From an uncultured Acidobacteriota bacterium (GTDB lineage: Bacteria > Acidobacteriota > Blastocatellia > RBC074), in assembly GCA_963796275.1 (NCBI GenBank), contig CAWCKY010000004.1:1280001-1344000 (forward strand): a DNA stretch of 64,000 bases, in the 5' to 3' direction. Made by a program: the position numbers and the translations under genes. The first letter of the stretch is position 1; each line of letters begins with the position of its first letter. Below, one piece after another: positions 11,485 to 23,084 of this stretch. The notes under the pieces were generated by a model. It was not told the origin of the DNA, did no database searches, and saw only the letters and a program-made list of their open reading frames with translations.

Positions 11485-12918
11485 CTACTCATTCACGACC
11501 ACCGTGGCTCCGAATTCCCTCCGCTTCTGCAAGCGATAGTAAAAGTATAACGGTAAACCGAGCACGATCAATACCAGGCCGGCCACCGATTCAACCGGAC
11601 GGTTGAACAACGTATTGATAATCAACCAAAAAGCGACGATGACGAAGATCAACGGCATGAGAGGATAGCCGAGAGTTTTATATGGCCGTTCCGCATCCGG
11701 CATTTTGCGACGCAGCACGAAGACCGATGAGGTCACCAGCCCGTAAAAAATCCAGGACGCAAACAGTAGACAATCGGTCAATTGATCGAACGTCCCCGAG
11801 AGCGCGAGCACACACGACCAGAAGCCCTGAATCAGAATGGCGATGACCGGCACGCGCGTTCTCGCACTCAATCCCGCCATATTCTGAAAGAAGATGCCGT
11901 CGCGCGCCATCGCATAAGGCACCCGGGCATTCGAAAGGATCGATCCGTTCAACGCGCCGATCGCCGAGATCACGAAGGCGAGAGCAACGATGCGGCCTCC
12001 ATTTTCTCCCAGGAAACTCTGTGATGCCTTGGCCGCCACCGGCAAGGCTTCGCGATGAATAGTCGAATTTGATGTGACCACCTCACCAAAAGGCAAGGCA
12101 TAGAAATATGCCAGGTTCGCCAGACAGTAGATCAGCATTACGACAATCATTCCCCCGATCAACGCGCGCGGGATGTTGCGCCCGGGGTTCTGCACTTCAC
12201 CCGATGCCATCGGCATATTGTTCCATCCGTCATATGCCCAGAGTGCGGCGAGCATCGCCGTGCCGAAGGCTGCGAATCCGCTCCAGGCCGGCGCGCCGGC
12301 GGGATTAGCCAGATTGCTCCAGGTCACCTCCGGCGCGAAAAAAAAGACGCCGCCGATGACGAGGAGGATGCCGGCAATCTTCAGCACCGTCAGCACCGAT
12401 TGAACTTTGCCGCCAAAAGCTACGGTCAGGCAGTTGATCCCCGATAGCAAAAGGATGACACCGACGGCGACCAGCTGTTTTGCGCCGAACTGCCAGTTGA
12501 TGTCTTGACCGAACAGAGAAAACTGTCGCTGCGCCCAGACGGTATTGAGCGGCAGGAATGCGGCTAGAAAAATGGCAAAGCCGGTTCCCAGACTCGCGAT
12601 AGAAGCGCTGCCGGCCACGATAAATCGCTGCCAGCCGAAGAGAAATGCCGCACCCTCGCCGTAAGAATGGCGAAGGTAAACATATTCTCCGCCGGCCTGC
12701 GGCAGCATTGCGCCGAGCTCAGCGTAAGTGAGCGCGCCCGCGAGCGAGAGCAATCCGGCTGCGACCCACGCGGCCATTACCAGCATCGGCGTGCCGGTAT
12801 CCTGCGCCATCGGCGCGGTTTTGAGAAACACGCCTGTTCCGATCACCGTCCCGATCACAAGCGCCGTCGTGTCAGTCAGGGTGAGACCGCGAATAAGTTG
12901 ATCTTTTGCATCAGCCAT
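11485..12918 (-). CDS. APC-family amino acid permease
   Basis: 12 TM helices, [33 protein letters not shown]. Confidence 0.93.
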   Translation of the reverse strand: MADAKDQLIRGLTLTDTTALVIGTVIGTGVFLKTAPMAQDTGTPMLVMAAWVAAGLLSLAGALTYAELGAMLPQAGGEYVYLRHSYGEGAAFLFGWQRFIVAGSASIASLGTGFAIFLAAFLPLNTVWAQRQFSLFGQDINWQFGAKQLVAVGVILLLSGINCLTVAFGGKVQSVLTVLKIAGILLVIGGVFFFAPEVTWSNLANPAGAPAWSGFAAFGTAMLAALWAYDGWNNMPMASGEVQNPGRNIPRALIGGMIVVMLIYCLANLAYFYALPFGEVVTSNSTIHREALPVAAKASQSFLGENGGRIVALAFVISAIGALNGSILSNARVPYAMARDGIFFQNMAGLSARTRVPVIAILIQGFWSCVLALSGTFDQLTDCLLFASWIFYGLVTSSVFVLRRKMPDAERPYKTLGYPLMPLIFVIVAFWLIINTLFNRPVESVAGLVLIVLGLPLYFYYRLQKRREFGATVVVNE

Positions 12919-13113
12919 ATGGTTAGATTAATTTGCACATTGAATTCGAGTTGTCTGGTGCGAGATTTTCACCGAACTGTGACGAAAAGAAAAGAAAGGA
13001 GAGTGTGGAAAAAGCGGAATTAACGGATACATGGTGCTCCGGTTGCGTCTGTAAAATCGCGTGATAAACCGATCCTCATTTCTCAAAGACCGGTGGCTCG
13101 GTTGCAGGGGGTC

Positions 13114-13623
13114 TTACACAACGCCGAACTCTGGAAGATATTTCACCAGACCCTGCTTTCCACTCAACGCTCCCGGCTTCAATTCCGCCACCATAAAGGA
13201 TTCATCCGGAACCGGAAATTCACAGCGGAACCCTTTCTCTTTCGCCACGGTGAACCCAAAACGAGGATAGTATTCGGGATGACCAACCACAAAGACGATG
13301 TCGTGGCCTATGCGCTGGCATTCCATCAGTCCCTCCTGAATCAAACGGGAACCGATGCCGCGTTTGTGAAATTCAGGTAGAACGGCCAGCGGTGCGAGAC
13401 CCATGGCTGTAAATATGTCCCCCGCTGATTCAACTGAGACGGGGCTGAAAAATATATGTCCGATGATCCGATTATCCTGGACTGCAATGAGTGAAATCTG
13501 CGGAGAGGCAGTATCTCGCAACGCATCGAATAATTCCGCTTCATTGGCTTGTCCGAAGGCCGACTCGATGACGGAATGAACTTCCGAATGATCTTCTATT
13601 GTTTCGGCACGAATGATTACCAT
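13114..13623 (-). CDS. GNAT N-acetyltransferase (YhbS-like)
   Basis: LAPLAVLPEFHKRGIGSRLI and VVGHPEYYPRFGF. Confidence 0.9.
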   Translation of the reverse strand: MVIIRAETIEDHSEVHSVIESAFGQANEAELFDALRDTASPQISLIAVQDNRIIGHIFFSPVSVESAGDIFTAMGLAPLAVLPEFHKRGIGSRLIQEGLMECQRIGHDIVFVVGHPEYYPRFGFTVAKEKGFRCEFPVPDESFMVAELKPGALSGKQGLVKYLPEFGVV

Positions 13624-13818
13624 CTACTCAATGATCTCCTGAACTCTGCCTACCTCACCGGTTTCGAGGCGAACCTTTATCCCGTGCGGGTGATGAGAGG
13701 AGTTGGTTAAAATATCTTTGACGATACCGCGAGTTCTCTTCCCGCTACGCTGATCCTGTTTCATGACTATTTCTACTTTGAGCCCCGGTTTTATTTCTTT
13801 CCTGCTCTGGCCGCCCAT
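13624..13818 (-). CDS. YwbE-family small protein
   Basis: KQDQRSGKRTRGIVKDILTNSSHHPHGIKVRLETGEVGRV signature. Confidence 0.9.
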   Translation of the reverse strand: MGGQSRKEIKPGLKVEIVMKQDQRSGKRTRGIVKDILTNSSHHPHGIKVRLETGEVGRVQEIIE

Positions 13819-13825
13819 TTATATG

Positions 13826-14593
13826 TTAGCCCTCCTTCCTCGCAACTACCACTGTCACCGGATACGCATAATGAATTTCAGCTCCTCGCATATGGGCGCC
13901 GAGTCCCAACCGATCGATTCCGATGTCATCTCTCAATAGTTGCCGTAATAATTCATCATCTCCCGGATTGGGAAAAGACGCAGCCAATTGGCTCTCTAGT
14001 TCCATCTCCATTTTGTAAAACGACTGGCTCATATGACGAAGTCCTGCTTTCCTGACAAGCACTTGCATCTCTTCCATGGTCAACGCACGATTGTGCGATG
14101 GGTCTAACAGTTTTTCAAACCGATTGTAGGCTGCGATTTTCTCGGGCGGCAGCACTGCATCGATAATCATCACTCTTCCACCCGGCTGACAGACCCGCGC
14201 CATTTCTCTTATTACACAGTCGGGATTTAAAAAATGATGAAAAGCGTATCGGCTCAGTACTACGGAAAAGCTGTTCTCAGAAAAAGGCAATGTTTCTATG
14301 TCTCCCTGATACCAGGAGAGATTAGCCAAATTCCGTTGCTGCGCTAGCGATCTCGCTTGTTCAAGCATGGCAGACGTCAGATCGATGCCGCTTACATGAC
14401 CGGCGACATGCGCAAAAGCGCAGGCGACCATTCCCGTCCCGCAAGCCACATCCAAGACGGTATCCTCACCGGATAAATCTGCCAAATCCAGCAGTAAACG
14501 CAGCGATTCTTCATTTGCATGACCTGACGACTGAGCAAATTGGACGGCCTGGAGCGTAAATTGATCAATAGTGATTTTTTGATGTTCATTCAT
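13826..14593 (-). CDS. Class I SAM-dependent methyltransferase
   Basis: VLDVACGTG motif I, SRYAFHH, RVCQPGG. Confidence 0.9.
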   Translation of the reverse strand: MNEHQKITIDQFTLQAVQFAQSSGHANEESLRLLLDLADLSGEDTVLDVACGTGMVACAFAHVAGHVSGIDLTSAMLEQARSLAQQRNLANLSWYQGDIETLPFSENSFSVVLSRYAFHHFLNPDCVIREMARVCQPGGRVMIIDAVLPPEKIAAYNRFEKLLDPSHNRALTMEEMQVLVRKAGLRHMSQSFYKMEMELESQLAASFPNPGDDELLRQLLRDDIGIDRLGLGAHMRGAEIHYAYPVTVVVARKEG

Positions 14594-14621
14594 GGCTTTA
14601 TGCGATCGAGGATATGCGACA

Positions 14622-15047
14622 TAGTACTCTGTAAACTAAGTTATTTAATGTTTAAATGGCGCTTCAAGTTCGAAACAGTACCGCGAGCGGTAGCGAGCGT
14701 GTCTCAATCAACTGAAGCGTGTGCAAATTAAAATCCAACAGAATCAATAGTCTCGCATCTCAGCGCCGGAGGTGCGTAATGTCTATAGCTCACGATCCTA
14801 ACCATAACCTGAGCTCCGGGAGGAGCGACATATGAATGCCTACATCTCGCTCCGCCGGAGCTCGTGAGACTTTTTATGATCGAATACTAGAAACATCGCG
14901 CGCGCCGCTGGCGCTCAGGTCCGAAAATGCTGACTCCAATTATCTTTTATTTGCACAGTCTTCAATCAACTGGCTCGGGTACAACGCTCGCTACCGCTCG
15001 CGGTACTGTTTCGTCGACTATCAAGAAACTTATTTAACGGAGTACTA
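14622..15047. mobile_element. MITE with TAGTACTC-type inverted ends carrying a REP doublet, interrupted by a second MITE
   Basis: Ends TAGTACTCTGTAAACTAAGT / ACTTATTTAACGGAGTACTA. Inverted REP pair CAGTACCGCGAGCGGTAGCGAGCGT. An uninterrupted sister copy is at 56685-56847. Confidence 0.85.
14715..14962. mobile_element. Nested MITE (248 bp) with 10-bp target-site duplication
   Basis: Imperfect TIRs AAGCGTGTGCAAATTAAAA / TTTTATTTGCACAGTCTT. CAATCAACTG is duplicated at 14705-14714 and 14963-14972 and occurs once in the 56.7-kb copy. Confidence 0.85.
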
Positions 15048-16439
15048 AGGTCTTATCACTGTGCCATCTTTTCTCCTCGTCGTCCCCCAACTGTAATCGA
15101 AATTCGGCGGTCCATCCGGGAACGGGAATTTCGCGGCCAATTTTTCATCGATGTCGATGCCCAACCCCGGAGCTTCCCGCGCAAGCATATAGCCGTTCTT
15201 CACCTCCGGACAGCCCGGGAAGACTTCTTTCGTGTTTTGCTGAAAGATATGGCCCTCGTGGATACCGAAGTTGTAGCTTGCGAGCTCGAGCGCGAGCTGC
15301 GCTGCGTGCGCTACCGGCGAAGCATCGCCGGGGCCGTGCCAGGCTGTCTTCACGCCGAAAAACTCCGAAAAAGCCTGCACCTTTCGCGCCGGACTCAATC
15401 CCCCGATCTGCGAAATATGGATACGGATGAAGTCTATCAGACGATCTTTGATCAAAGGCACATACTCGTGCTGTGTATTGAAAAGCTCGCCCATCGCCAA
15501 TGGCGTGGTGGTCTGCTGTCGCAGAAGCTTGAAATGCTCGTTCTCTTCGGGCGGGAATGGGTCTTCGAGAAAGAAGAGATGATAAGGTTCGAGCGCCTTG
15601 CAGAGCTGAATTCCCTGGGAGAGCGTCACCCGCTCATGGACATCGTGCAGCAGCTCGATCTCCTCGCCCAGCTTGGCCCTCAGATGTTCGAAGAGCTTCG
15701 GCAACATCCTCACGTAAGGTTTAGGTTCCCAGATCGCTTTCGGATTGGTCGGACCGATCACCTCGGCTGGCTGATTCGCCTGAGAAGCTTGTCCTCTCGC
15801 GCCATAAGTCGCATAACCCGGTGTCGCAGCCTGCACGCGAATGTGGCGATAGCCGAGGTCCATTCCCTTGCGCGCGTTGGCCTCGACTTCCTGAAAATCG
15901 CGCCCGCTTGCGTGGAAATAGAGATCGGCCCCATGCCGCACTTTGCCGCCGAGCAGTTGATAGAGAGGCATTCCCGCGCGCTTGCCTTTGATATCCCAGA
16001 GGGCGATATCGACTCCGCTCATGGCATTGAAAAGCACCGGGCCATTGCGCCAGTACGAACTGACGTAGGATGATTGCCAGATGTCTTCTATTTCATCCGC
16101 GTCGCGCCCGATCAGGAATGGCTTGAGGTATTTTTCAACGGCAGTCTGAACGACATAGGCGCGCTGCGTAAAGGTAGCGCAGCCCACCCCATAAAGGCCC
16201 GGCTCGCTCGTCTCGACCTTGATTATGACCAGACGAATCCTGTCCGGCGCGGTCAAGATCGTCTTGACATCGGTGATCTTGATGGGCGGCAATCCGCGCC
16301 GCCACTGGTTGTTGGACGCCGATTGATTCTGCGCCAGGGCTTCCGACGCAGAACCGCCCTGTGGGAGTGATGTGATGAGGTTTGCGCCACCGGCCGCGGC
16401 AGCGATAGATATTTTGTGTAATGCGTCACGGCGATTCAT
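15045..16439 (-). CDS. Enolase-superfamily sugar-acid dehydratase (mannonate dehydratase RspA/ManD-like) with Tat-like leader
   Basis: YWRNGPV, DIALWDIKGK, LLHDVHER, FFLEDP, MGELFN, WHGPGD; N-terminal MNRRDAL. Confidence 0.9.
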   Translation of the reverse strand: MNRRDALHKISIAAAAGGANLITSLPQGGSASEALAQNQSASNNQWRRGLPPIKITDVKTILTAPDRIRLVIIKVETSEPGLYGVGCATFTQRAYVVQTAVEKYLKPFLIGRDADEIEDIWQSSYVSSYWRNGPVLFNAMSGVDIALWDIKGKRAGMPLYQLLGGKVRHGADLYFHASGRDFQEVEANARKGMDLGYRHIRVQAATPGYATYGARGQASQANQPAEVIGPTNPKAIWEPKPYVRMLPKLFEHLRAKLGEEIELLHDVHERVTLSQGIQLCKALEPYHLFFLEDPFPPEENEHFKLLRQQTTTPLAMGELFNTQHEYVPLIKDRLIDFIRIHISQIGGLSPARKVQAFSEFFGVKTAWHGPGDASPVAHAAQLALELASYNFGIHEGHIFQQNTKEVFPGCPEVKNGYMLAREAPGLGIDIDEKLAAKFPFPDGPPNFDYSWGTTRRKDGTVIRP

Positions 16440-16593
16440 ATATAACCCTCTTAAAATATTATCGTATCTCTCTGTGACCACATCTCCGAGGCATACTCTT
16501 TTGCAGCCATCGAGTGGACCCGGCTATACGGCCTTGATATCTGCTACAATTTACCGTGTCGGCCACCTCTCAAACTATGGGAGAGGTACGACC

Positions 16594-16938
16594 ATGAACG
16601 CGACTATCAATCCGGATTTTCGTGATCTACAGCAAAAAGTCGAGGAGTTGCAAATAACTTTGGCAAATTCCCAAGGCGAAATCGCTATCATAAAACATAA
16701 CAGTGAGAGAAATGACAGACAAACGATCACACAGTTCGTCATCTTCACTGTCACGATGCTGATAGCCGTTGTGTCTTGTCTGATCGGAACCAGCATCTTC
16801 CAGACCGACGCCTTGCGGCGCGAAATGAATGCGAAATTCGAGACCGTCAACCAGCGAATCGACTCGGTTGATAAGAGAATGGAGAGGCTGGAGAGATCAC
16901 TCGAAGAGATTAGAAAAGAGATAGCCTCTCAAAAATGA
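16594..16938 (+). CDS. Small coiled-coil/TM hypothetical protein
   Basis: GAGAGG RBS before ATG 16594; coiled coil, TM helix, then heptad-like C-terminus. Confidence 0.7.
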   Translation: MNATINPDFRDLQQKVEELQITLANSQGEIAIIKHNSERNDRQTITQFVIFTVTMLIAVVSCLIGTSIFQTDALRREMNAKFETVNQRIDSVDKRMERLERSLEEIRKEIASQK

Positions 16939-16969
16939 TCCTCATCGCCCCTCACAATCCCTGTAACTC

Positions 16970-19900
16970 TTAGAAGTACAGCTTCAAACCAAACTGCATC
17001 TGGCGCGGGCTGTTGAACTGACTGGTGATACGCCCGTATGTCAGGCTCGTGATACTCGCGTCCGGCCCGGCGAAGATCACACGGTTGAAGATGTTAAACA
17101 CCTCCCAGCGAAAGTCCATGCGAACGCGTTCGGTGAAACTGATGCTCTTTTGCACAGAGACATTTTCACTGAGATTGGACTGGCGGCGCGCGTTTCCGTT
17201 GAAACGCGGGGCATTGCCGAAACGATCGGTCTGCGCCTGAACAACTCCATTGGCATCACAGAAGGAAGCAATCTGGCAGACTGGTACGAAATAGCTCGTG
17301 TAACCGCTCGTCGCGCGGTAGTCCGGGTTGTCGGGTTGATCGGCGACCCAGCCGTCGAGCGTTTTAACGTGGGCTGCGCTCCGGCCGCCCAGACCCACGG
17401 CACCACCGCTCAACTGGATCGGCTGGCCGCTCGTATAGACGTGTATCGCCGAGATCTTCCAGCCGCCCAGGACGGTCGCCAGCGGTCCACTCGAGAGATA
17501 CTTGCCATTCTTACCGAATGGCAGGTCGAAGATGTAACTGAACTTGAAGTTGTGCGGCAGGTCGAATCCTCCAACCGACTTCTCCAACCTGCGATTGTAA
17601 TGATCCATCGCCCTGCCGCCCGCATCCACAGCATCGGTATCGGTAAGCAGCTTTGAGAAGACGTAAGAGCCTTGCAGGTAGAGGCCAGTGCTGACGCGTC
17701 GCTCCATCCTCAAAATCATCGCGTGATAGGACGAGTGGCCGCTGCGGTCGCCGTTGCCCGCCCAGGTATTGATATTGGCATATTGCGGGAAAGGCCGCAG
17801 CGCTCGTTCGAGGGCGAAGTCGTCCGAGAACTCAGGGTAAGGTTTGGTGAAGCCTGCTGCTACCACCTCCGGGCTGCTGATCTTACTGTTCAACAAGGGT
17901 CTGACGAGCGGGTCGGAGATGTAATGCGAGGGCAACTGGTTGACGTTAAGCAACCCGGCCATCAAATGAACGCCGATCGTCGCATTGTAAGACGCCTCGA
18001 CCAGGAACTTGCCCGGCAATTCGCGCTGCAGCGACAGCGTCCAGTTCCAGTTCTCCGGCAGGCGCGATACCTCATCCCACTGCCACCAATCCACATCGGC
18101 ATTGGTGTTGAATCCCGGATCCACGCTGGGTGGCTGCGGCACGGTATTGACGCCGTTGACGAGAAATCCATCGTCGAGCTTGAACAGCCTTCTGATGCCA
18201 TCCGGCGATGGAACGCTGTATATCTGGATCGCACCGGCGAAGTGTGTGCTGCCGGATGTCGTGCGGACTACCCCGAATGTGCGGCCGACACCGCCGCGAA
18301 CCACCGTCTTATCGTTTGGGCTGTAAGCGAAGCTGAATCGCGGTCCCCAGCCCCCATACCAGCCAGGCACCAACGTTCGCTTGCCGACTTCACCCGGTTC
18401 GAACCCGGCGAAGCGCAGGGCGCCCAGACTACCGGTGGCGCGCGGGTTGTGCTCAAAGGGGTCGAAGTCGCTCCACTTGTCGTCGCGCTCGAGCGGAGGC
18501 AGTGTTACGTCATAGCGCATACCGAAATTGAGCGTCAGCCGCTGGGTCACCTTGAAGTCATCTTGAACGTATGCAGCGTGGCTGCGCCAATACTGTCGCA
18601 CGAAGCGGTCATTCTCTGTCTGCGCGCTGAAAGATCTCGCCCAGCAGAAATGATGCAAAAGAATTGCCGCCGCCGAGCGCAGAGTTTGTGCTTTGGGGGA
18701 TGCTCGTACTTTGTCGGCTGGGTCGTACGTATCCCGATAACGATTGGCGTCCGAAACCGTTGTAATGCAGCCGTTCGTATAAATAACCGCCCTTGATCGC
18801 ATGGCGCCCGCGGATGTAAGTCAGGTCATTGCCCACCGTAAATATCGGATTCTCCGATCCGTCTCCCGCCGATTCGCCCCATCTGTAATATCCGTCGCCC
18901 TGAAATTCGATGCTCATCAGGTTGTAGTCGCAATCGAACGCGCCGGGCAGGCAGATGCCCCTGTCTTTCCATCCGCCGCCGACATTGGGCGTGTAGTTCA
19001 GTTGCTTCCACCAGTTGACGCCACCGTAGAGGTAGTTGACGAGCCTCGGGTTGATCGTCCAGGTATAGTTTGCGCGGTAGACGTGGCTGCTCTGCTCCGT
19101 GAAGCGAAAGTCGCTGACCGTGGCGGGCAAGCGCGGAAAGCCTCCTGCACCGGGCAACACCTCGCTCAGTCCATAGTTGTAAAGACCGCTGAGCTTGTGA
19201 CGCTCGGAGAAGCTGTGATCGAGTTTCAGGCTCCACTTCGTCCACGGAAAGAGCGAGCTGCCGCCGGGACTGCGGAAATTCTGATTTACGTAAGCGAACG
19301 ATCCGGGCGCTCCCCCGGCGTTCGGGAAGACAGTGTTACCGACGTAATCCAGGTATCTCCGCGCCAGCGGGCTCATGCGATTCTGCGGAATCTTGTTGCA
19401 CGCAGTGTAACCTTGGAACGCTGGATTAGAGAGGTTGACGCCGCCGACCGGGTTGCCCCCCGGATCGCACGCGAACGGATCGCGAATGGACCGCGGATTC
19501 GATTCGCTGATTGGTATCTTGGGATTGAAATTCGGATTATCCCTGGTCGTATCCGGATCGTAGATCGGCAGGAGGTTACCGCCAGCATCGACCCATTTGC
19601 TGAAATCTCCCTGATACATCTCCGGCGTCGGCACGCTGGTGACGAAGGCGTTGGCCCCCGCACGATTGCGGAAATACTCCATCGAAAAGAAGAAGAAGGT
19701 CTTGTTCTTTCCATTGTATATCTTCGGAATCCAGACAGGCCCGCCGAAAGTGCCTCCGAAGTCGTGCTGTTTGAGCACGCTCCTCGTATCCTCGAAGTAA
19801 TTGCGCGCGTCGAAATAGTTGTTACGCAGGAACTCATAGAGACTGCCGTGATACTCATTGGTCCCTGAACGCGAAGAGAAGGTGAGGATGCCCCCTTGAG

Positions 19901-20636
19901 CGCGTCCGAACTCAGCTTTGAAGCCGTTGGTATCGACGGCGAACTCGGTGATCGCGTCGATCGATGGCGTGTTCAAACTCGACCACTCGGTCGAGCCGAA
20001 ACGGCTCGTGCCCGCCGAAGCGCCGTCGAGCGTGATGCCCCAGGTTCCGCCCTGTCCGCCTCCGATCGAAAACTCGGAGTTGTAGCCGGGGCCCCCGACA
20101 CCAGCGACGCCGCCGAGACCGAGCGGCTTGGTCTCGGGCGTCAGCAGCGAAAGGTTGAACGGGCTGCGCACCGAACCGCTAACTACCAGCGGCAACTCGT
20201 CGATCTGTTTGTTCGATACCTGCGATGTGATTTTCGCGTTCTCGGTCTGTACCTGCGCGCCCAGCGTGGTGCTGACTTCGACTGTCTCGGTCACCTGCCC
20301 GATCTCAAGCGTAAAGTTGGCCGGTGTGGTGTTGCCAACATTTACATTCACCTGGGAAGTCTCGGTAGCTTTGAAGCCCTGCTTCTCTATGCGAACTTTA
20401 TATCTGCCGGGTGGCAGCGCAGGGATTGTATATACACCATCGCCTGTAGTAACTGCCGTCGAGACGGCATTGGTGGCCATGTTGGTAACGACAATAGTTG
20501 CCCCGGGGATATTCGATCCCGAGACGTCCGTGACGGTCCCGGTGATCGTCCCGCGGTCGGATTGCGCGTATCCGAAACCGCTGAGCGTCATCGTAAGAAA
20601 CAGAATTACAAGAAGAGTGGGGGTGCTCCCTTTCAT
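16970..20636 (-). CDS. Oar-like TonB-dependent receptor with carboxypeptidase-regulatory N-domain, one frameshift near 18630
   Basis: GTITGTVTD, PSIDAITEF, SGTNEYHGSLYEFLRN, YVQDDFKVT, C-terminal PRQMQFGLKLYF. Two ORFs join if one T of a homopolymer is removed. Confidence 0.92.
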
Positions 20637-20779
20637 GTTTACTCCTTTGGAGCTACTCGTGTAGCCGTTAAAGCGGTTGTATCTTGATAGATGTGATTGG
20701 TTCTGTGCGTCGTCTGGGACAATATGAACGGCTCATTGGAAAACGTCAATAGCACTGAATAATGAGTTCGTTACCCGAA

Positions 20780-21092
20780 GGATGCCTTCAGGCGGTCTGA
20801 AAATCGATCGAAAAGAAGAAGATCGTGTAAACGTGGAACACCAAACACAGAAACAGTCTTCACCTCGTTTCGGAGTTCCGCCTTCAGGCCAATGCCCATT
20901 GAATTGCCAAGAGAGGGGCAAAGAAAGTAGCCAGATGTTGCGCGAGCTCCGGACGGAGGAGCGACATAAACATTAATATCCCGCTCCTCCGGAGCTTGCG
21001 ATGAACATTGCCATTAAAGCTTAAAATATCCGGCTTTTCCGGAGCCAATCGGAAGATATTGATAACGACCGGATTTAATTTGCATAGGGCAT
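20780..21092. repeat. Cluster of degenerate REP and MITE sequences
   Basis: GGAGTTCCGCCTTCAGGC (same REP as the 43.8-kb array) near 20871-20888, an AGCTCCGG..AGGAGCG / CGCTCCTCCGGAGCT doublet, and a TTTAATTTGCA end. Confidence 0.65.
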
Positions 21093-21095
21093 CAG

Positions 21096-21731
21096 CTAAC
21101 TCAGCCGTTTTACTCTGATGTTCTTATAACGCACCGTGCTATTCGGATCGTGGGCCTGCAATGCAAAAGTTCCCTTGTCGAGGACTCGCGCGGGCGTGCT
21201 GCCCGGTTTGAGATCGGCCGGCTCGTCCCAATCGACTGTCACTTTGTCATTGACTTTGATTGTGATGTGTTTGCCTTTGACGATGATGTGATATGTGTAC
21301 CATTCATTATCCTTGACCAGTTGCTCTTTGACATCCTGCACGGCATAGAGACTCCCCGTCTTGCGCGGATCCTTGTTGTACGTATTGTTCACCTGAACCT
21401 CATAGCCGGCTTTCGGCCAGTCAGTCTCCTGATACTGAGTGTGAAAGTATATTCCGCCGTTCGACCCGGGCTCGGTCATGACATCCACCTTCAGCTCGAA
21501 GTTCACATAGGGTTTGTTATCTCCGACGTAATAGAGATGGCTTCTCTCGCCGCGAGCTACAATCGCCCCGTCCTGAAGCAACCAGCTTTTCTGATTTTCG
21601 TTGGCCATCTTCCAGCCGTTGAATGTTTGGCCGTCAAAGAGTTTCTTGAAGCCGGGCTCGGTCTTGCTCTGCCCCGTGACAATCGAAGTAAGCGAGATTA
21701 GTGTGGCAAGTAAAAGCACTCTGGTTTTCAT
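21096..21731 (-). CDS. DUF1080 / 3-keto-disaccharide hydrolase-family protein
   Basis: Signal peptide, [41 protein letters not shown]. Confidence 0.92.
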   Translation of the reverse strand: MKTRVLLLATLISLTSIVTGQSKTEPGFKKLFDGQTFNGWKMANENQKSWLLQDGAIVARGERSHLYYVGDNKPYVNFELKVDVMTEPGSNGGIYFHTQYQETDWPKAGYEVQVNNTYNKDPRKTGSLYAVQDVKEQLVKDNEWYTYHIIVKGKHITIKVNDKVTVDWDEPADLKPGSTPARVLDKGTFALQAHDPNSTVRYKNIRVKRLS

Positions 21732-21868
21732 AGTGAATTTTCTCCTCCGCAAATGTACTTTGGTTATCGTAAAGGAAAGTGAAATATCGGGGAGATCAAA
21801 ACATTTCTACTGGATCATAGTCAAGGTTGATCCATCGCATTCAGGGGATCAGCGGTCAGGCTGCCGGG

Positions 21869-23005
21869 TCACTTTTCATAAACGCGCGGAACGCGGGATG
21901 AGAGGCCAGTGACGATTTCATAAGAGATCGTGCCGATCTGTTCCGCCAGGTCTTCTGCAGTTATACGCAGGCCATTCTGTTCCCCGATCAGAAACACTTC
22001 ATCCCCCTCGGCGGCATCGGGGATATCGGTCACGTCGATGATCGTCAAATCCATGCTCACGCGCCCGACAACCGGAGCTAAGCGCCCGCGTACGATCACC
22101 CGGCCGTTGTTCGAGTGCGCGCGCCGGAATCCATCTGCATAACCGATGGGGATCGTGGCGATGCGGCACTCGCGAGCGGTCGTGTATGTGCGGCCATAAC
22201 CGAGCGACGTGCCGGACGGAACGGTCTTCATCATAATGATCCGCGAATGCAATGACATGACGGGACGCAGTTTGAAAGGTTCGGGTCGAGGCGCGAGCAC
22301 ATCACGCGCCAATCCATAAAGGGTTGCGCCCGCGCGCGCCAGATTGCCGTGAGAATGCGGATACGCGTGGATCCCTGCGCTGTTGGCGAGATGCCGCCAC
22401 GGTGGATCGAATCCGAGCCCGCGAAGAATCGCGAGCGCATCGTTAAAATGCCCGATCTGGGATTCGTTGTATTCCGTCTCCGCTTCATCGGCCGCGGAGA
22501 AATGCGTCATCAGACCATCTAGTTTTAATCGATCGAATTGTTTGAGTCCGCTCGCGAATTCAGTGAGCCCGGCGAGCGGCACTCCGAGCCTCCCCATTCC
22601 CGTGTCGATTTTGAGATGAAAGCTGATCGTTCGACCTGCTTCACGCGCTCTCGCATTGAGTTCGGCTGCAGCCTCCAGACGGAAAACAGCGGTCGTCAGA
22701 TCGTGCTTGATCACATCCGCCGCCTGCCCGGTCCAGAACCCTCCCAGGCAGAGAATCGGCCGAGCAATCCCCGCTTCTCGCAACGCCACGCCTTCCTCGA
22801 CCAATCCGACCCCGAACCAGCCGGCGCCGATCGATTCGAGCGCGCGCGAGCATTCGGTTGCACCGTGGCCATAAGCGTCGGCTTTGACCACAGCCATCAA
22901 CTGCGCGCCGGGAGTGAGATGTTGCTTGAGCGTGATGAAATTGTGGCGGAGCGCGCTCAGAGAAATTGCGGCCCAGGTCGGGCGTTGGTTTATAGCGTGA
23001 TCCAT
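21869..23005 (-). CDS. alr: Alanine racemase
   Basis: [11 protein letters not shown] (PLP lysine), [21 protein letters not shown]. Confidence 0.97.
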   Translation of the reverse strand: MDHAINQRPTWAAISLSALRHNFITLKQHLTPGAQLMAVVKADAYGHGATECSRALESIGAGWFGVGLVEEGVALREAGIARPILCLGGFWTGQAADVIKHDLTTAVFRLEAAAELNARAREAGRTISFHLKIDTGMGRLGVPLAGLTEFASGLKQFDRLKLDGLMTHFSAADEAETEYNESQIGHFNDALAILRGLGFDPPWRHLANSAGIHAYPHSHGNLARAGATLYGLARDVLAPRPEPFKLRPVMSLHSRIIMMKTVPSGTSLGYGRTYTTARECRIATIPIGYADGFRRAHSNNGRVIVRGRLAPVVGRVSMDLTIIDVTDIPDAAEGDEVFLIGEQNGLRITAEDLAEQIGTISYEIVTGLSSRVPRVYEK

Positions 23006-23084
23006 GAAAATTTTTGTGCGGGAAAAAGCACAAAGGTAGAGGCTGGGGTTGCGCCTCTTGAGTACTTCCTTGTGATTTTCGTGG

